Origin: Dirinaria sp. TL-2023a
Taxonomy: Eukaryota
Length of the DNA stretch: 47,225 nt
Reading direction: 5' to 3'
Assembly (NCBI GenBank): GCA_051941275.1
Contig: JAVEBF010000027.1
Span: forward strand, 1 to 47,225
The translations under genes and the position numbers were made by a program. Of the stretch, positions 1 through 13,000 are shown piece by piece; the first letter of the stretch is position 1, and every line of letters starts with the position of its first letter. Below the pieces are notes generated by a model. That model did not search any database. It was not told where the DNA came from and saw nothing but the letters and a program-made list of their open reading frames with translations.

Positions 1-2760
1 CCTTCTCTTTCTCGGCCCCATTACCATTATTATCTGAATCATGTCTCAGCGAGTCAGCGTTATGTAAACGCCAAGAAGTCCTTCAATTACAGTTTAGCCT
101 GTCGTCAGCCAATCCAGCCCACACCACCGCACCCAATCCGAAACAACCCACACCACCTCGAGGCAGGCGCTAGTTACTTTTTTTCTCCACCTACGTACCT
201 AGCTAGCTTCATAATAGTAACAATCAACGAGTCTTGATGGGGTGCCAATAATAATGATTACTCCCGTCTGAATTTCTATAGCCGGTTCCTGGATCTTCTA
301 ATTGATTGCTGGACCTAGAATTTGGGAAGTTGAGTGGTTTGTGGATATGTGGGGACTATTGGGACTGAGATTTTGGACTGAGCTGATCTGGGTCATCCAC
401 GAGGTGGTAAATAATGGCGCACGTCTCGAAAAAAAAAAAGAGAAAAAAAAAGACAGTAATGGACCTTCCCGTCCTTAGCATACGCATATTGTCTGAGACT
501 CTGTTAATGAAGATGGTTGTGGAAAGTTAAAATGGCGTCTCGCTTCTGGTGTTTCTTGATACTACTACTGCTTTTTGCTTGGCTCTACTAAAGAGAGAGT
601 CCTTGGTCCGAAGATGATGGTGACGTCCTTGATAATTTGAGGACTCGATTCAGAGTCGCTGGCTCGATGCACCCAGCAAGTGGGTTATTTCCCTTAGTAC
701 TGTCTTGGTCACAACGATGGTCTCGCAAGGTGGAGATATCGAATGGTCTAGACAAGCTACTCACACAACTTTTCCTTTTTTTTTTTTTTTTCCTTGGGTG
801 GGAGACTTATGATCCTGCGGATCTGAACTCACCTGCGAACATCAGGCAGCGCTTGAAATTCTTAGGACCTGTAAAGTAGTTGAGAATGTGAACATTGAAT
901 TTAGAGACTACATTGAAGTCTTGACTCGTTGCTTCGGTAATCGAGTTTCTTGGTCACAGGTCTTGGTAAAGGTGTGTGTGGCTGGGGAATTTAGACTGAC
1001 TCAGTAGCAGAGTGCCTAGTCTGACCATATAATCTAGTTGATCGGGAGTCAATTCGGAGACTGACATCGTGCCTAGATGTGTGTGCAAGGTGGGAAGAAA
1101 GTACGAGTTCATAATACGTATCGTACCTTCCCTGAGGTTCCTGAAGGTACTTTGCTGTGGTTAGTGTTACGTTTTTAGGGTTCAGATATCAAATACCTTA
1201 GGGTTGATTGTTCCGACTATGACCGCATTCTACAAAGGTAGACCGATCTCACTGATGTACAGCATCTTACGAAGTTTTGGTAAGCTCAAGGCACGAGGAC
1301 AGCTCTCGCAGCCCGGCTTGTTTGCGCATGACAGAGCGGGAGGATCAGCTTGACGCGTCGCTGCATCCATTAGAGAATTATCCGGATCGATAAAGCTCCC
1401 GATCTACTCGTACCAATTGTCCCGAAGCGAGAGTCAGAAGCTGAACTTCGCTTCTCCTGCCTGATACCAATCAAATCCTCCGGATTCGGGATTCTGCCTT
1501 GTGGATAATGGAACCGAGCCTAGCTTGATCAGATGCATATGCAAGGCGCAAACGATGATTATACTGATGCACGCCTGGTACCAGCCAGCTCGGGTTGTAA
1601 ATGTGGGGTAGGCAGTACAATCGACTCGGCTGCTCACTGCCCGCTGGAAAGCTTGGATAGTATTCTACTAGGGTTTTCGATGACATTAAGAATAAGAGTG
1701 GTGCCTAAGCTCTCCTCGGATCCGCTGTTGCTCTCTTTTTTCAATGCAGAGACCAAACAACCTAATCACGAGGCATATCTGTTGGACTAATACTCCAGAT
1801 ACGGTCTTTTGCTCGGCATAGAATATGCTCTTTACTAACTACTAGGAATTGACTAAATTCTCGGAGAAGCTGCTTGCCCTGGTGTACACTAGAAAAAACT
1901 TTCTCGGCAAACTGGGACGACCAACTTTTCGCGGACGTTGTCAGATTATTAAGACCGCATTTGCAGGTTGCTAACGGTACAACATACAACGTACCCAAAA
2001 GCGGCTTCCCGCTTGAATCACTTTCGACCCCTCATTTCCAGGACGAAGGACCCATGACAAAGGGGTTTGATGCATGATCGGGCCTGGGATTCCTCTGAGG
2101 TGGTAGGAAGATCGCAGGATCACGTTCCGATTACCACTCCTACGGCTCTGCAAGGCCATTATGAGACTACCTCCGACCTCAGACTTCAGAAGTGATGTCT
2201 AGCTCTCTTTCTCTTTGTGTCTCGAGCATACATCGTCGTCAAAACCTAGATCACCCATGGTCTGGATAGTGATCTTCATGCCATCACCTGCGCTTACTCT
2301 AAGGCCGCTGTGCCGCTGCTCACATTACGACGATGAGGCTACCAATAGCCCCCACAATGCAAGACCAGGGAACTCACAGTCATTATTCTCGTCCCTTGTG
2401 ACCAAGCAAACGCTTGCTCAGTTCCTGTCCTCCTGACTCTCGGAAGAACGTGCCGGCACCGCCCCGGGAGTGGTCCGCCCTCGATCCCGTTGAGGTTTAC
2501 CGCGTTTGACTCGTACGATCATTTAAGGAAAAGGGCTCACACCGGCTACCAACCTTCGAAAGAACCCTTCAAATATTCCAAGTCGGTATGGCTCCAAAGA
2601 TTGTCTATCCCGTGACAGTGTTCAACTATCAGCTTCGTTTTGTGCCAAACGTTGAGTTTTCTGTTGTTGGTTGGCAATTTCCTACGTTATAAATGTCAGC
2701 CATTCCGCTATTTGTGAATCATATCCATCCTGGATTTGTAAAGCGTTTTGAACGCTCAAA

Positions 2761-5066
2761 ATGCGGACTTTCATACCTTTGATACTATTCTTGGTCTCAT
2801 CGCTGGCTGCGCCGCAGATTAAGCAAGACAATCCTCTTGTGGCAGGAACTGACGCAACGTTGGATGGAATCCGACTCGATAGCATACCTGCGCAACCCGC
2901 AGTGGCGGCAGTGGTATCCACAGCTATACCGCGCGATGACTGGACTGTCAGCTGCGACAGCTCTCAGCCAGGCAACGAATGCTCCAACGCGATTGACGGG
3001 AAAGCCGATACTTTCTGGTTAACCGAATCCAGCGCTCCACTACCGCATTCCATTGTTATTGATATGCATACCGCTCACATTGTTGGAAGCATCACGATAG
3101 AGCCAAGACAGGATGGCAGCTTCAACGGTAATATTGGTCAGCATCAAGTCTACCTCAGGTATATGTAACGTCCGAATCTATCGGTTAGCGTTCTTAAGCC
3201 TGAGCAGTGAAGACAACGTCAACTGGGGCTCTCCCTTGGTAGTCGGAACATATCTTGATAACGCGACCTTCAAGAGCACGGTCTTTACGCCTGCTAATGC
3301 TCGTTATATCAAAATCATTTCATTATCCGAGGTAGGCGATCGTGGCCCGTATATGTCTATCGCAGAGGTAAATGTATACGAAGGCGCTGATCTTCCACCT
3401 TCTCCCGCAACAGCAGGCTCCTGGGGTCTCACAGTCGATTTTCCACTGGTTCCGGTCAGTGCAGCGATCGAATGGTCCTCGGGTCGATTGCTTGTATGGT
3501 CTTCGTACTTGCCCAATGATTTTACAAACGGCCCCAGCGGTCATCAGACGGTTACTGCTATCTATGACCCTGCCACACAGTTGGTCAGTTCGCGTACCGT
3601 CACCAACGTGGGACATGATATGTTTTGTATAGGCCTGAGTATGGATGCCGATGGCAGGATCGTTGCCGTGGGCGGGAATTCCGATAACGGAACCTCCATT
3701 TACGATTCTACATCCGATACCTGGTCTTCTGGTGGAGTGAGTATTGCCTCATGTTACTTTCATTCAATGTTCTATTCCTCAATTTCTCTTGCTTGCTGAA
3801 TTCCGAGCAGGACCTGGTAATCCCCCGCGGATATCAAGCTCAAGCCACGTTATCCGACGGCCGGCTTTTCACAATCGGCGCGTCCTGGTCTGGCCCATCC
3901 TCTACGATCACTGCCAAGAATGGGGAGATCTACGACACATCGACTAATACATGGGAGGCACTTTCTGGCTGTCTAGTCAAGCCAATGCTTACAGCGGATC
4001 CTCAGGGTACACTTCACGTTCCCCGCTCTCTAGACGAGTAATGAGACTAAGCCCGTTTTTAGATAAAAGTCTTGGCTACATCTACAGAGGCGACAATCAC
4101 GGATGGCTTTTCGGATGGAAAGATGGATCAGTCTTTCAAGCAGGACCATCTGTTGCAATGAATTGGTACGGAACATCCACAGCCTCTGGAAATCAGTCAT
4201 CGGCAGGCAGCCGAGCGAACGATCAGGACAGTATGTGTGGTAATGCTATCATGTACGACGCTGGGGCCGGAAAGATCTTAACTCTCGGCGGCGCTCCGAA
4301 CTACGTTAGTAAGTGCAACATGGTTGTTTCGCGTACCAGACATTCGTTAAGCATGGCAGATTCCAACTTGACTGCCAACGCCCACATCATCACTATCTCC
4401 GACCCTAATAGCACACCGCAAGTGACAACCATCAATTCCATGGCCTATCCTCGCGCTTTCCACAATAGCATAATCCTGCCAGACGGTAAGGTCTTCGTCA
4501 CCGGAGGGCAGCACTTTGCCGTCGGCTTTACGGAGCAAACCTCACAACTCATTCCCGAACTCTGGGACTCTAAAACTCAGGCATTCACTCAGATGGCTCC
4601 TATATCTATCCCTCGCAATTATCATTCTGTAGGCCTTCTCATGCCTGACGCTACTGTTATGAACGGCGGCGGCGGTCTGTGTGGAGGCTGCGCCACCAAT
4701 CACTTCGACGCGCAAATCTACTCGCCACCCTATCTATTTACCGATAGCGGCGCACTGGCCACAAGGCCAGTCATTGAGAGCGTGAGCGCCGGAGAAGTAG
4801 CCGTTGGAGGATCGTTGACAATTACGACTTCAGGCGACGCTGCAGTGACAGATTTCGCGCTCATTAGAATTAGTAGTACCACACATGCAGTCAATACAGA
4901 TCAGCGACGGATCGCCTTGACACCTGTCAGTACGGCCGGGAACACCTTTACAGTAACATTGCCGGGGGATCCTGGCGTTGCGTTGCCAGGGTATTGGTAT
5001 CTCTTTGCCTTGACTAACGCAGGCGTGCCTAGTGTAGCGAAGTTCGTGAAGGTCACAGTTGCTTGA
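2761..5066 (+). CDS. Secreted copper radical oxidase, galactose oxidase family (CAZy AA5_2) with N-terminal CBM32/F5-8 domain, ~691 aa, 5 exons
   Basis: Exons 2761-3158, 3208-3736, 3811-4006, 4063-4308, 4360-5066 (GT..AG introns, total 2076 nt, in frame). Signal peptide MRTFIPLILFLVSSLAAP; CBM32 start WTVSCDSSQPGNECSNAIDG; catalytic motifs HDMFC (Cys228 eq.), RGYQ (Tyr272), GASWSG (Trp290), YRGDNH (Arg330), RNYHS (Tyr495/His496), TTHAVN (His581); C-terminal PGYWYLF. Confidence 0.93.
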
Positions 5067-5271
5067 ATGGGGAACGGACAAGGGGCAATAACAGCAGGAA
5101 CCAATTCAAGATATATGTGTGCTATGGACTGATGTTATCACTTGTAGTGATCTTCTGAAACAATGGCAGGAGAAAGTTTTTTTTTTTTTTTTTTTGGCGA
5201 TTACGCAACCCGTGCCCGGAGGGATTGATGGTAATGATACGAAAGCTCTTCGATCGCAGCTGACCGCTTTG

Positions 5272-5530
5272 CTATAGTGCTATGCTTTCCTTGTCAACTC
5301 GATTATAGAAGTCCAACTGTCTTACTCCCACTGCTTCCAAATACCGCTGCCGCATAACAATTCCAATTTTGAGGATATAGTCTTTCATCTCGTAGTCCAA
5401 AGGTTCTTCTACGAAGAAGGTATTTGTGTCGTAGGCTGCAAAGCTTGGCGGGCGCTGCGGTCTGGACAATCGAGTCGCATATTATGCAGAAGATTTCTGA
5501 GGACAGATCATGGATCGATGGACCCTCCAT
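5272..5530 (-). pseudogene. Possible F-box protein fragment (frameshifted relic)
   Basis: MEGPSIHDLSSEIFCIICDSIV...LCSLRH resembles an F-box start (L.DLP.EI...I); protein-like sequence continues in another frame (NTFFVEEPLDYEMKDYILK) and then stops. Confidence 0.25.
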
Positions 5531-5945
5531 TGTCTCAAAAATCGCAGTCTCGAGTTTATGTTGCTGACGAGTATTTGGATCCTACGAATCAAGAAAGTTA
5601 CTGCAAGATAAGGATCAAGCCAAGATACGCGTATCGCGTCTCGCGAGTGTTTGATGCGACCACTAATACCTCGGTACTCCGTACGAAAGCGGACGCGACA
5701 TGGCCAGCTCAGTTCAAGCTTTCAAAGCCAAAACATTGTAAGGGTTGTATTCATCTTTTCGAATTCGAAGCAGAATCAATGCGGTTGGTTGTCGTGTAGG
5801 AGATGATGCCCAAACTCACTTCACACTTCCACACCGTGTAGTCGACATCTCTACTGTCTTCTAGCATACGTGTAAAGTTTCGAACGGGACGTAATTGTCT
5901 TTATCCTCGAAGACCGATGGATCGGCACAGTTACAACGTACATGC

Positions 5946-6524
5946 CTATGAGTTCGATGTTGAAAATATCTCGCCATGTCCAAAGGCATGGTTCTTATTG
6001 TCCGATAACACAAAGGTCGCCTCGTAGAATCGTTGCGGCCTCTCCAGCAGCGCTTCCAGCGCCTTGAAAACCTCTTTCATCATGCCATAGGTCATCTTGA
6101 CCTCCCCATCCGAAACACTCGATGCCAGCTGGAAGTCGCAGCCAGGTACTCGATAGACAAAAGGGTTATCGTGGTCCGCAAGGCGAACGTCGCCCATACT
6201 AGCAAGCCGTGCCTCTGCGATTCCTAGGCCGGCGTCGAGTACGTAATGCAGCGAACTCGGTCTGATCGGGGAAGAAGTGAAGATTCGGCCTGTCAGGACT
6301 TGCTTGGTGGCTGGGATTTTGTATTCAATGGGATCCCAGCGGCTCGTGGAGGGTAGCTCGAGCACTGTGGTCGATGAGTTGACCAGTTCGAATCGATCTG
6401 GGACTGAAGAGATGTTTCTTTCGAACAGTAGAACCCTGTCATTGACGGGGGCACATCCAACTCGAAATGCGATGCCTGGTAGCAGCAGCAGCAGCAGTGC
6501 CAACGAGCCCGTATGTGAAAGCAT
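5946..6524 (-). CDS. Secreted hypothetical protein, 192 aa, intronless
   Basis: ATG-to-stop ORF with hydrophobic signal peptide (MLSHTGSLALLLLLLPGIAFRVGCAP) and protein-like composition; C-terminal ...MTYGMMKEVFKAL...FVLSD...GHGEI. Confidence 0.7.
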   Translation of the reverse strand: MLSHTGSLALLLLLLPGIAFRVGCAPVNDRVLLFERNISSVPDRFELVNSSTTVLELPSTSRWDPIEYKIPATKQVLTGRIFTSSPIRPSSLHYVLDAGLGIAEARLASMGDVRLADHDNPFVYRVPGCDFQLASSVSDGEVKMTYGMMKEVFKALEALLERPQRFYEATFVLSDNKNHAFGHGEIFSTSNS

Positions 6525-8812
6525 ACTTGGAAAACCTGATGATAAAGAAAGCGGAGATTGTTCAGCCTTATCAGGTGTATAAAAAGGAAGGTTTCACCGG
6601 CTTCCGAATCACTGCTTCTCTTGGGGATATCCGTTACGCGCACGAGGCTTTGATGCGCTTTGATATTTTCCGATAGACGCTTCCGCTAAGTCCTTGAAGC
6701 GCTACCTTGGCCTATTACTGCCCACAAGCGACATGGAGGGAAACGGCTATCAAATCATGTTCTTTTGGCTTGGACATCTGGTGCGTGTTTGGACAATGCT
6801 GGGCGTCTTGAGCGATGAAAAAGAGGAGAAAGCGCACAAACACACAAAACACGGACTCTGTAGAACATGCGACTGTTACCAATGCGAGAAAAATCGCCGA
6901 AAGCAATAATAATGCTTTTTGTAGCGAGCGACTCATCTATTCCTTGAAGTCAATTCTCATCGAACGCTCAGATTATCTTACATTTCTACAGATTGATCTC
7001 AACGCAGCGATTGTAGTCGCGCGCATACATTTTGCCCCCTAAGTGAGGTCCGCGAGAGGTATAAGTATCATAAATCCTGCGTTCGACCGAAGGGCGCGAG
7101 GAAATTGTACCGTGTTTGTCTGCTCACCTTGGATTCTGACATTTTTTTCTTAGAGCATTGCTCTGGTAGCGCATTGCTCTGGGAAGGCGTTCGACGGTAA
7201 TCCGAACTCCTTGAAGAGGATTGACACTACCAAAGGACCCGTCCCGGCCCCCCCAAACCCAGGCTGAGGAGCCAGGGAAGATTATCAGCGGAAATTTGGA
7301 AAGCAAAGTTATCCCTCGACTACAGCTTGGATTCCATGAGTCTAGAAGCAGTTGAAGATACTTGACAACAAACACTACTGGCCCTCATAATAGCATGCAG
7401 TTAGGCTTGGGGTCGCATCTAGGCAAAAAAATTCGTTGTGTTTCGATCTGTGAGCGACTTCGTTGAGCGACAACCACTACTATCGTTATGGCTGCATAGA
7501 CCTTTTCATTGGTCGCACTGCTCTGATTCGGGAATGCCAAGGGTCATACACAGTACTGTAAGGTGATATAGTGTTATCGCTCCTTGAGTGCTCGCAAATA
7601 CGTATGCGCATGGACGGCGAATTGTTATTATTCTCATTATTCTCGACAGGTCTGCCACTGTTCGGTATTGAAGTCTGCAAAGTCGCTATACTCGACCGTT
7701 GCACTACCCAATGCTATCAAGCTGCGCATTTTGCTAAATTTACTGAAGTGCAGGGTGTTGCGACAAGGATCTGCTTACAGTACGTCCCTCACGCCCCACG
7801 TTTTGCTTCCGGCAGTTGATCAGCAGCGTCAGCACTAGCTGGCTTCCAAATGGCTCAGTGTTACCATGACACGCTACCCATTTGCCCCTTGCATTTTTCG
7901 CAACACTAAAGATATGTGAGGTCGTACTTTGAATATTTAACAATGCGGTGAGTTCCATCCAGCTTACTTATCATAATAGTCATAAGGTTAATCCGTCGTC
8001 GTAGCTATACATTTTTTTTTTTTTATCCCGCAAGGCCTGGTAGCATCGCATTTACCAGCCATGATGATAGCTCTCCCCGCTTTCAAGGCCACCCGTTGTC
8101 CACTATACAACATGCTGATGCTGTGCCACCGGCCAGATAGTCCTGGTCCCCGTTGTAAGCTGGCCCCCACAGGACTAACATCCAATAACGTTGGCCAACG
8201 GGAAGCCACTGTGCGTCGGAACAGAAGCCAGTACGTCTAGAATATTTCCTGATAGGGAATGTCAACCACAGCAACTAGACTGGGTACTTCGTGCCGAAGT
8301 ACCGACGCTATTGCATATTATCTCAAGCACCCTCGACGGCGAAGAGCTGATCAATCAGCATCGATAAGACCTCGTAGACCTCGCGTTACTAGTTTAAAGC
8401 ATCAATAACTCACGAATAAAGCTGGCGCTCCTATAATATCGAACGCGGACGAATTTCATTGAGGATTAAATTCGCAATATTGAAAGATGAACGTGCAAAT
8501 TTTTTTTACGCAACTTCTCGGAGCCATGAATGTCAGCCGCAGCTGACGCATTTGCCAAATGTGATAGTGGCGTACGCTTAGCAAACCTTCTCAGAGTGGA
8601 TCCCTGGCCAGCGGTATACAACATTGCAATGTCACTGTCTGCTTCACTCTCTAGTGATAGCCTAGGGTGCAGCAATGAAGCAGTCAGACCTTCACTATAA
8701 AGGAGAAGTCAGTCCCCTTCGAAAAGTGCACCACAGACGACAACTTCCTTCCAGCCCAAAAACCATCAGCCAAGCCCAACATCCCCCATCCACAAAACCC
8801 TTTCATCCCAAA

Positions 8813-9267
8813 ATGCAGTTCCAAAGCACCCTCCTCGTCCTGGCTACGGCCTTCCTACTCGGCACCAACGCCCTGAACATGTACGCCGACTTCCATCACT
8901 CTTCTCTCCAATCCATCCTCTTACCCCTTCACTCCACTGCACTCCACGGCACGCAACGAAATTGAGAAAACAAAAAAAAAAAAAAAAAAAAAAAACTAAT
9001 TCCGGTCCAAAAATAGTCCCCGCGAAGCCGTCCCCGAGCCCGCCGGCTGCAGCGGCCAGTCCTACCGCGACCCCAACGAAGCGACCGCCGTGGCCGAGTG
9101 CAAGGCCAACTGCAAGAGCTCGTGCATCGCCCCGTTCTATAACGGCGGCTACTGGTACTCGGTCTGCCAATGCGTAAGTGACTCCCCCTCTTGCTGTCCT
9201 TTTATCAGTTCATCGTTGTTGGGAGATGAGATTGGTGACTAATGAAATGGGGATGGGGTTCTAGTAA
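8813..9267 (+). CDS. Small secreted six-cysteine defensin-like (CS-alpha-beta-type) peptide precursor, 75 aa, 3 exons
   Basis: Exons 8813-8880, 9017-9173, 9265-9267 (stop only). Introns gtacgc..ctaat..aatag and gtaagt..gactaat..ctag. Product MQFQSTLLVLATAFLLGTNALNIPREAVPEPAGCSGQSYRDPNEATAVAECKANCKSSCIAPFYNGGYWYSVCQC. Strongly C-ending codon bias; TATAAA at ~8696 upstream; CxxxC and terminal CxC. Confidence 0.85.
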
Positions 9268-10019
9268 GCTGGAGATCGTAGTGCGAATCGTGACGCGAAG
9301 AAGGCCATGAGCGGGTGATGGAGAGGCAGAATGCTAGAGGATGGTGGAACAGGGGCGGAGGAAAAGGGGTTTGGGAAGGGGGCGCAGGATAGCATACATA
9401 CATACAGGACATTGACGTGATAGATCAATATCAAAATTGGCTGAAATTCCTTTTTGCCCCTTAGTCTAAGAGTCGTCAGAGCAACTCGTGGGTCTGAAAG
9501 ATAGTACCGTCGCTTTGCATGGTGAGAACAGCGAGGGGGAAGAGATCACAGGATAACAGTGGTAAGGTACTTTAATTTTCTACTTTGAATATCTCGGGCG
9601 GGACGGAAAAAAATAATAAAAAAGTTAAAAATAAAAGAAGAAAGGTTAGGTTGATTAATAACCCTTTCTTATGGCCTTGCACCTAGCTTAGTGCTGTGAA
9701 GCTGCTAGCGCTCGCTAGCTAGCGAGTCCCACACTCCAAAGTCTACGGAAGCTTTTGAAAGGGATCCCCCCTACAAAGTCCAGAAATGTAAGCCATAAGC
9801 TCCCCAAGTCCCGTTGGGATGGATACTCCTGGGTCAAAAGTTCAGTTGATACGCAAATTGCATTATTACTACTAAGATCACCAAGATTAACCATTATACA
9901 TAATAATACAGCCAACCCGATGGCACCGTCCGTCTTGTCCGTCCTATAAACGCGCAAATCCAGAGAAAAAAAGAATCTAGATAGAATTACAAAAAAAAAA
10001 AAAAAAGAAGACAAAAACT

Positions 10020-13000
10020 TCAGACGCCGCGTCCGATAACCTCGAAAACGAAATCATACCCGACGCCCACCCCATCCGTCCACCCATCTTTCCCCGGCTT
10101 GAGGGTCAAATCATGGATATGGCTCTTGCCCTTTACCTTGCCCAAGCCGGTCCTGACTCCTCGCTGCTCCAACTCCGCCACGAACGCGACGCTGTCCTTG
10201 AACGGCGCGATCTCGTCCCGATCCGAATGGATGATGAAGGTCGGGACGGTGTACCTGCCGGCCTGCAGCTGCGCCATCGGGCTGATGGCCTGGATTTTGG
10301 CCACTGGTGGGGGCGTGCTTAGGTCTGCCGCGGAGATGCCGTTGAGCATTACGTTCAGCCCGTGCGATTCCTTGAAGAGCGATAGCACTAGCTCTGAGCG
10401 GGGGTCGCCGGGGCGGACCCAGCCAAGGTTCGTGCTGTCGGTGCCGCTCGGGCAGTCATACGAAGTGATCTGGGGGGAGATGATTAGCGAACGTGTCTGA
10501 AGAAGGAAGTGCAAATCGTTAGGCTTTGGCTAGCTTACAGGCTTCTTGGGCAAGGACTTGCGGATCTGCTCGAACGACATGCTCCTCCCTGCGTACTGCT
10601 CTGCGCGCCGGCGATCGATCTCTGTGGTTGCAGTCAGTGAACCCATTCATCGCGAAGTACCAAAAGACTGGGGGGAATGCAAAGCCGTACCTTGAGATTG
10701 GAAGTTGGTCGGACCGTAGAAACTCAGGATGGCAGCGGGTGGCTCTTCGCCGATCTCCTCACATGTCCAGGCGGTTGTCATGGCCAAATGGCCACCCGTG
10801 GACCAGCCGACAGCGAGGACTTTCGTTGGATCGACTGTGATGCCGCGAGCGCGGGCAATGGCAGGTAGCTGGTTTCGCACCCAGCTGAGAGCGTCCCGAA
10901 CATCGGTCATGGGACCGGCGAGCAGGTCGATTTCGGGGCACAGGCGATAATCGATACTGAGAGGTAGATAGCCGTTGTCAAGGAGGAATTGGGTTTGGTA
11001 GGGTCGGACGGCGGTTTTGGACAGTGTCATGAAGCCTCCGCCGTGGATCATGAGGGCTTTGGTCACACAGAGTCAGCATTGATCTTTGATTTTCTCAGTG
11101 GATAGATATTCCTTACCTATTGGCATGGGTCCCTTGGCCACTTGAACCTCTGGAAAGAAAACGTCCGCCAGGATTTCCAGACCGTCGACGATCTTGTAGG
11201 GCATGGTCTCAGTTCTGTAACCCTTGCTTAGTCGGTCTTTCAAGGGCCCACTAGTGTTGTTATCTGGTACCTTGCTCGGCCTTGTAGAGCCAATGATGAG
11301 TTGCTGGGTGTTGGATTCTTCAGTGTCACCCCCCGAGCACGATGCGTCTCCGAACCCGGCTTCTTTGAGGTCTCTGATCCAATCCTCGGGCGGCTGCAAG
11401 GGGTACGTCCTGGAATCATTGAAGGCCCACCAGCCATCAAGAAGTCCGTAGACAAGGTCGTACCAGTCAACGATTCGAGTGACTTCCGATAAGATGATGA
11501 AGCCGCCCTTCCTCAGAAGAAGTCGCATACGCTTGGTGGACTCGACAATGTTCGATGTTGCGTGGACAACATTGGTCCCGATCACGATGTCGTACGTGCC
11601 TTGAAGAGATGCGGGGGAAGCCTTTTCGAGGTTGAGGCTTTGGAACTCCATCCAAGGATACTTGGCGAATTTCTTCCTGGCTTCCTTTACAAGCATAGCC
11701 GAAACATCCGTGAACGTGTACTGAACGGGCTGGCCTAGCGTCGCCAACATCTCGGCGAGTCGTTTCGTCGTCCCTCCGAAGCCGGCCCCTACTTCGAGGA
11801 TCCTGAGTGGACCATCGAAAGACTGTCCTTTCAGAAGCTCGCGGAAGAAGTTGAGCAAATGGATGGTCATCGTCGCCAGCTGCGGTGAGTTGTTATAGAA
11901 GTCATCCAAGCAGTCCTGGCCTTTTTGGCTCCCAAACAGCAGACTAATGTGATCAGTCTTTCCGCTTAGTCCATCTGCGAAATGAGGCGCCGTTACATCC
12001 ATGAGGTTATTCTCGTTGGCATAAGCAGGGAACAAAGAGTTGACCTCCTTCAGTAAAGTCGACGACGGAGTAGTGGGCAAAGGTTTGCTGGTTCGAATCC
12101 AGTTGTCATCGTAGTTGTAGACAATGCCGTTATCCGCCAGGATATCCCAGAATCTGCGAACGACCCTTTCGTGCTTTGGAAGATAGGCAATGCTGCGCAG
12201 AGTTGATCCTGCCTCAGCCGTCCAGAGGTCGAGACCCAGCTTCTTGAGCTCCTCGCTGATATACACCAAGACCAATTGGTTCTGTTTTGGAGCGACCGTG
12301 TCCCAGTAGTCGGTGAAACCATGCTTCTCAGCAGCAGATGGAAACAAAGAGTCGCACTGGCGAAGGACTTCGATAGGGTCAGATCGGATAACAGTGGTGT
12401 CCGACAACATTGGAGCTGGTCCCGGAAGAGACTCCTTGACTTGACTGGGCGCTGCACTTGGCGCCGGCGCAGCAGCAGGCTCAGGAGCCTTCTTCGCCTT
12501 GGGCTTTGCCACCGCCTTGGGTGCGACGAGTTGGCAGAGTTCACCAAACGTCATTATGGGCAGGTCGCCCCCGTCGACTTCCTTGGAATATTCGTTGGTG
12601 ATCTCGTCAGCCAATTCTGTAGCAGCAAGCGAGTCGACTCCAAGCTCTGCAATAGTTGCGTCATCGAGGATAGCATCTTCGCCAATGCCGACATAGGATG
12701 CAATAAGAGACTTCAGTTTCCCCACAGCACCGTCATCCCCAGATGTCTCTTCTTCGTCGTCGATCGTCGTAGCATTCGAAGTTGGCGACTGTAAGCCATC
12801 GTCGCTGCTATTCTCAGAGCTGCTGTTCTCAGAGCTGACAGGTACCGATTTCGTGGCGACGGGTTGAGGCAGTTTCACGACTGGTGCATCGCGGGATTGA
12901 GGAGTTGCTGAGTCCAATAACTTCTCCAGTCTTGCGATTGGAAGCTTGGTGAACTGGACGCCCATGATCACCATGACCAAGACCTTTTCGCGTGTCAAAA

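Noticed and set aside
1533..2160. Protein-like fragments (e.g. NWDDQLFADVVRLLRPHL)
   Set aside because: May be a gene relic, but I could not build a consistent exon model or recognise a family.
8675..9177. ORFs 8675-8965, 8962-9177 (poly-Lys) and 8844-9170
   Set aside because: Artefacts of reading through the poly-A-containing intron and wrong frames of the defensin-like gene; the real start is the ATG at 8813.
428..10006. Long poly-A/poly-T tracts (e.g. ~428, ~776, ~5177, ~8972, ~9991)
   Set aside because: Ordinary homopolymers in introns and intergenic DNA; no target-site duplications or retroelement body seen.
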